A program made the position numbers and the translations under genes. Below are positions 16,991 through 20,000 of a DNA stretch of 20,000 nucleotides, one piece after another. The notes beneath the pieces are model-generated. The model saw nothing but the letters and a program-made list of their open reading frames with translations, did no database searches and was not told where the DNA came from. Each line of letters begins with the position of its first letter. The first letter of the stretch is position 1. This stretch comes from an uncultured virus (IMG/VR IMGVR_UViG_3300020407_000003). Its lineage: Duplodnaviria; Heunggongvirae; Uroviricota; Caudoviricetes. The stretch is taken from positions 56,613 to 76,612 of the IMG/VR virus record IMGVR_UViG_3300020407_000003; one strand, written 5' to 3'.

Positions 16991-17276
16991 ACTTCTTTTA
17001 TTAGTGGCATTATTGTGGGTGGCGTACGAGTACTATAAAAAATGCACACCAGTTATCGCCGACATGCGTATCCTAAAAGATACCAGCATGACGTACCAGG
17101 AATGGAACACCAACGTCTTTAATCCCGCACTGGTCAAAGCGTATCAAACTAAACGCCATGTTAAAGTTATTCGCTACGAGGATGACACTAATCGTGGTAG
17201 AATTAACGATAAGTTTGAGATAGACAAGCATTTATTAGAATGGATGCGACCTCTACCTAAAGTAGACTTTGAATAA
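16983..17276 (+). CDS. Small protein with N-terminal membrane anchor
   Basis: 97 aa, GAGGA RBS, hydrophobic start MFKLLLLVALLWVAY followed by basic residues. Confidence 0.7.
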   Translation: MFKLLLLVALLWVAYEYYKKCTPVIADMRILKDTSMTYQEWNTNVFNPALVKAYQTKRHVKVIRYEDDTNRGRINDKFEIDKHLLEWMRPLPKVDFE

Positions 17277-17278
17277 AT

Positions 17279-17310
17279 AAGAAGGGTTAACGCCCTTCTT
17301 TTTTTGCCGT
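17279..17310 (+). terminator. Rho-independent terminator with TTTTTGCCGT tail
   Basis: AAGAAGGG-TTAACG-CCCTTCTT followed by a T-run and GCCGT. Confidence 0.85.
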
Positions 17311-17363
17311 CAATGTTGTATTTAACAGCCCTTAGGGATCTTATAATACTAAGGAGAGTGACT

Positions 17364-17843
17364 ATGGGCGCTGAAGCTATAACGATGTTTAGGGGCGAAT
17401 ATTCGTTCTTAAGTAACTTTTACATATTAGAAACCCCGCTTCCTGAGAACGCTATATTTAAAACACGCTCACATCCCCTGTTTTACTTTGCGACCTCTGA
17501 ACACGCTTACGTAGCCTGTAAGACTGATAATGAAGAGATTCGCAGATATATTGCAAGTCTATATAAACCCGGTGAAGTTAAGCGCTATGGACGATCTATC
17601 GACATCGTAGACAATTGGGATGATATCAGACAAGCATGTATGTGGGATGTGTTATATGCAAAATTCACCTTTAATCCCCATTTAAAAGAAAAGCTACTTG
17701 CTACTGGTGACCGAGAACTAGTCGAAGGGAATTGGCATGGTGATAAATACTGGGGCGTGTGTATGCGCACCGGGGAAGGTAGCAACCATTTAGGACGTAT
17801 GCTCATGGAGCTGCGTGATTACTTTAGAGATATAGAGGAATAA
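17364..17843 (+). CDS. NADAR (YbiA-like) family hydrolase
   Basis: Motifs FRGEYSFLSNFY, SEHAYVACK, AKFTFNPHLKEKLLATGDRELVEGNWHGDKYWG, GEGSNHLGRMLMELR. Likely start is ATG 17364 after AAGGAG. Confidence 0.92.
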   Translation: MGAEAITMFRGEYSFLSNFYILETPLPENAIFKTRSHPLFYFATSEHAYVACKTDNEEIRRYIASLYKPGEVKRYGRSIDIVDNWDDIRQACMWDVLYAKFTFNPHLKEKLLATGDRELVEGNWHGDKYWGVCMRTGEGSNHLGRMLMELRDYFRDIEE

Positions 17844-17845
17844 CC

Positions 17846-18724
17846 ATGATCTTACCAAAGAACTTACCGTCAGCTGAAGTACAGTATCTTGACCTTTTAC
17901 GTACAACCATGGAGCACGGTCACGACATTCGCAATGATCGTACTGGGATGGTCTGCCGCACAGTTACAGGTGCGGTGATGTATTACAATGTAGGAGGGGG
18001 TGAATTTCCTCTTACCACTACACGTAAAAGCTATTGGCGTAAGGCGATTAGAGAACTCTGCGGCTACTTCCGTGGGTTTAGCAGCGCAGCGCAGTTTAGA
18101 GACCTAGGTACTGATAGCTGGGATATCAACGCTAATGAAACACGTGCATGGTTAGATAACCCTCATCGTAAAGGTACGGATGACATTGGTTTGGTTTACG
18201 GAGGCGTAGCTAAACGCTGGCCAACGCATGACGGCCACACCATGGATCTATTTAAAAAGGTCTACACTAACCTTAAAGCAGGAGTAGATGATCGCGGCGA
18301 GATCGTTACGTTTTGGAATCCAGGTCTTTTTGAATTAGGTGCGCTAAGACCATGTATGTATAGCCACACCTTTACACTGTTAGGCGACACACTTCACATG
18401 ACGTCGACTCAGCGTAGCTCTGATGCGTTTTTAGGTGTGAATTGGAATATGATGCAGTGTTATGTTTTCTTAGCGGTAATGGCTAAGATAACAGGTCATA
18501 AGCCGGGTTGGGTTAAACATGACCATAATAACTTCCACATCTACGAAAACCATTTTGAACAGGTGACGGAACAGTTGAGTCGTGATCCCTATGAGATGCC
18601 TACAATAAAGTTAAGTGACCGTATCACGGATTGGGACTATGTGGTTAACCATATGACCGATGAAGACTTTGAGGTAATAGGTTATCAGTCACACCCACCT
18701 ATTTCAGGTAAAATGTCAGCATAA
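17846..18724 (+). CDS. thyA: Thymidylate synthase (Vibrio/Haemophilus-like ThyA subtype)
   Basis: NDRTG, FPLTTTRK, catalytic LRPCM, QRSSDAFLGVNWN (Asn retained, indicating dUMP specificity), HIYENH. Confidence 0.95.
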   Translation: MILPKNLPSAEVQYLDLLRTTMEHGHDIRNDRTGMVCRTVTGAVMYYNVGGGEFPLTTTRKSYWRKAIRELCGYFRGFSSAAQFRDLGTDSWDINANETRAWLDNPHRKGTDDIGLVYGGVAKRWPTHDGHTMDLFKKVYTNLKAGVDDRGEIVTFWNPGLFELGALRPCMYSHTFTLLGDTLHMTSTQRSSDAFLGVNWNMMQCYVFLAVMAKITGHKPGWVKHDHNNFHIYENHFEQVTEQLSRDPYEMPTIKLSDRITDWDYVVNHMTDEDFEVIGYQSHPPISGKMSA

Positions 18725-18733
18725 GGAACTTAC

Positions 18734-18940
18734 ATGATTGAAGAGATCATACAGACCCATGGCGATAAAAACGTAATTGCAAAAAGTGCAGATGGCAATC
18801 AGATAACTAAACTTGGCGTTGCTAAAGATGCCTTGAGTTTATTTGAGGATGCGCTATTTACCAGTTACTTCATTGAAAACAATCATGTGGTCATTATAGC
18901 CACAGATGATTTCTTTAATTTACAACCAGGATTAAGTTAG
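18734..18940 (+). CDS. Small hypothetical protein
   Basis: 68 aa, AAGGA RBS, fills the gap between thyA and dcd. Confidence 0.65.
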   Translation: MIEEIIQTHGDKNVIAKSADGNQITKLGVAKDALSLFEDALFTSYFIENNHVVIIATDDFFNLQPGLS

Positions 18941-18945
18941 TTGTT

Positions 18946-19563
18946 ATGTTGATACCAGATTACGCTATAGAGTCACTTTGTACGGGTGATTGTTCTATCG
19001 AAATTGATGGAACGATTGTCAATAATAAAAAGCGTCCTATGATTGAGCCATTCATTAATACGTCGGTGAAAGTTAACGACAACGATCAACGTATTCCTAG
19101 TTATGGCCTTAGTAGCTTTGGGTATGATGTCCGTCTTGCCCCTGAGTTTAAACTCTTTAGTAAACCTAACGATGGTCGCATTATCGATATCATGAACTTT
19201 GATGAGCGTGAGTTTGTTGAAGAAGTGAAGGCCGACAGTGTTATCCTGCCTCCAGGTGGGTTGTTGCTATCTCGTACAGTAGAATACTTCTCTATTCCAA
19301 ATAACGTCATGGGTACATGTTCTAATAAGAGCACATGGGCACGTATTGGCATGTTTAGTCTGGTAACACCGCTGGAGCCAGGTTGGGAAGGTAACTTAGT
19401 GGTGGAGATCACTAACTGTACTAATCTACCCATGCGTATATACGCAGGGGTGGGTATTGCGCAGATAGAGTTTAAAGCATCTAAGGTCCGCCCAAACGTC
19501 ACTTACGGTGATAGAGGGGGCAAGTACCAGGGTCAGACAGGTATTACCGGCAGTAAGCTATAA
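18946..19563 (+). CDS. dcd: dCTP deaminase
   Basis: SYGLSSFGYDVRL, KSTWARIG, TPLEPGWEGNLVVEI, YGDRGGKYQGQTGIT. Confidence 0.93.
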   Translation: MLIPDYAIESLCTGDCSIEIDGTIVNNKKRPMIEPFINTSVKVNDNDQRIPSYGLSSFGYDVRLAPEFKLFSKPNDGRIIDIMNFDEREFVEEVKADSVILPPGGLLLSRTVEYFSIPNNVMGTCSNKSTWARIGMFSLVTPLEPGWEGNLVVEITNCTNLPMRIYAGVGIAQIEFKASKVRPNVTYGDRGGKYQGQTGITGSKL

Positions 19564-19579
19564 TGACTAAATAGTTAAC

Positions 19580-19610
19580 TAAAGTAGGGCTAGTCCCTAC
19601 TTTATGCCGT
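19580..19610 (+). terminator. Terminator-like hairpin followed by TTATGCCGT
   Basis: TAAAGTAGGG-CTAGT-CCCTACTTTA. Confidence 0.85.
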
Positions 19611-19620
19611 ATCCGTAACA

Positions 19621-19646
19621 TTTATACCTCTATATTACCTTAGTGA
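19621..19646 (+). promoter_or_regulatory. Putative phiKZ-type early (virion RNAP) promoter
   Basis: Exact TATATTAC at 19631-19638 with an upstream TTTA element. Intergenic, directly after a terminator and ~60 nt before a gene. Confidence 0.65.
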
Positions 19647-19695
19647 ATAAATACAATAATGTATTATTCTTTAAACTAAATAAGGTATTAAACCC

Positions 19696-20000
19696 ATGCG
19701 AATTACACAAACATTTACCATGACCCGTACAGAAGTTGCTGCTTTTCGCGAACAGTCTAGTCAAGCTATTGACTTACTTAAACCACTAGCTGCAGAGTTG
19801 ATGGGTGAGCAAAAGACTGAAGCCCAAGCAGCGAAGCTCCTAGAGCAGTTAAAAACCTCTATAACTGTTGATGTTAAAGTTGCAAATAAACTAAGCACGG
19901 TGGGTTACCTGCTACGTATAAAAGATGATGTTGAGGTCGTACTGACCGTTGATGTTGATGATGAAGTATTTACCGAGCTAATGGCTTACGGTGTAGATCT
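19696..20000 (+). CDS. Hypothetical (probably early) protein; 3' end runs off the window
   Basis: TAAGGT RBS, ATG at 19696, open to the window end: MRITQTFTMTRTEVAAFREQSSQAIDLLKPLAAELMG... Confidence 0.7.
   Translation, partial: MRITQTFTMTRTEVAAFREQSSQAIDLLKPLAAELMGEQKTEAQAAKLLEQLKTSITVDVKVANKLSTVGYLLRIKDDVEVVLTVDVDDEVFTELMAYGVD

Noticed and set aside
17304..17363. Upstream TTG start for NADAR, and a sigma70-like TTGTAT...TATAAT promoter
   Set aside because: The TTG lies in the terminator tail, while ATG 17364 has AAGGAG. The promoter spacer is 20 nt and its TSS would fall within the RBS.
17846..18724. ThyA homologue as a dCMP/dUMP hydroxymethylase (DNA modification)
   Set aside because: It retains the Asn specificity residue and resembles cellular ThyA along its whole length.
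1..20000. tRNAs, CRISPR arrays, introns/inteins, transposases
   Set aside because: No cloverleaf, regular repeat-spacer pattern, interrupted gene or mobile-element motif was seen by eye.

Overview
This is a 20 kb segment of a large lytic phage genome, most consistent with a phiKZ-like (nucleus-forming, Chimalliviridae-type) jumbo phage. The ThyA and endonuclease I types hint at a Vibrio/Alteromonadales-like host. Positions 1-12885 are a virion structural block: two minus-strand tail/baseplate-like genes, divergent internal-head genes including two paralogous processed head proteins, and four further structural-type genes. Positions 12919-20000 are accessory and nucleotide-metabolism genes: orphans, a secreted endonuclease I, NADAR, ThyA and dCTP deaminase. 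Three features stand out. (1) An unannotated 50-aa ORF (12919-13071) ends in DGCEGGACKI, nearly identical to the redox-active C-terminal tail of class Ia ribonucleotide reductase alpha, but stands alone as its own gene. (2) A ~250-280 nt multi-hairpin intergenic element (7623-7900) is bracketed by terminators and is a candidate structured ncRNA. (3) A TTATGCC-type motif follows all seven intergenic hairpins (five exact, two with one mismatch) in place of a U-tract. phiKZ gene-number assignments come from recalled synteny and motifs, not from a search.
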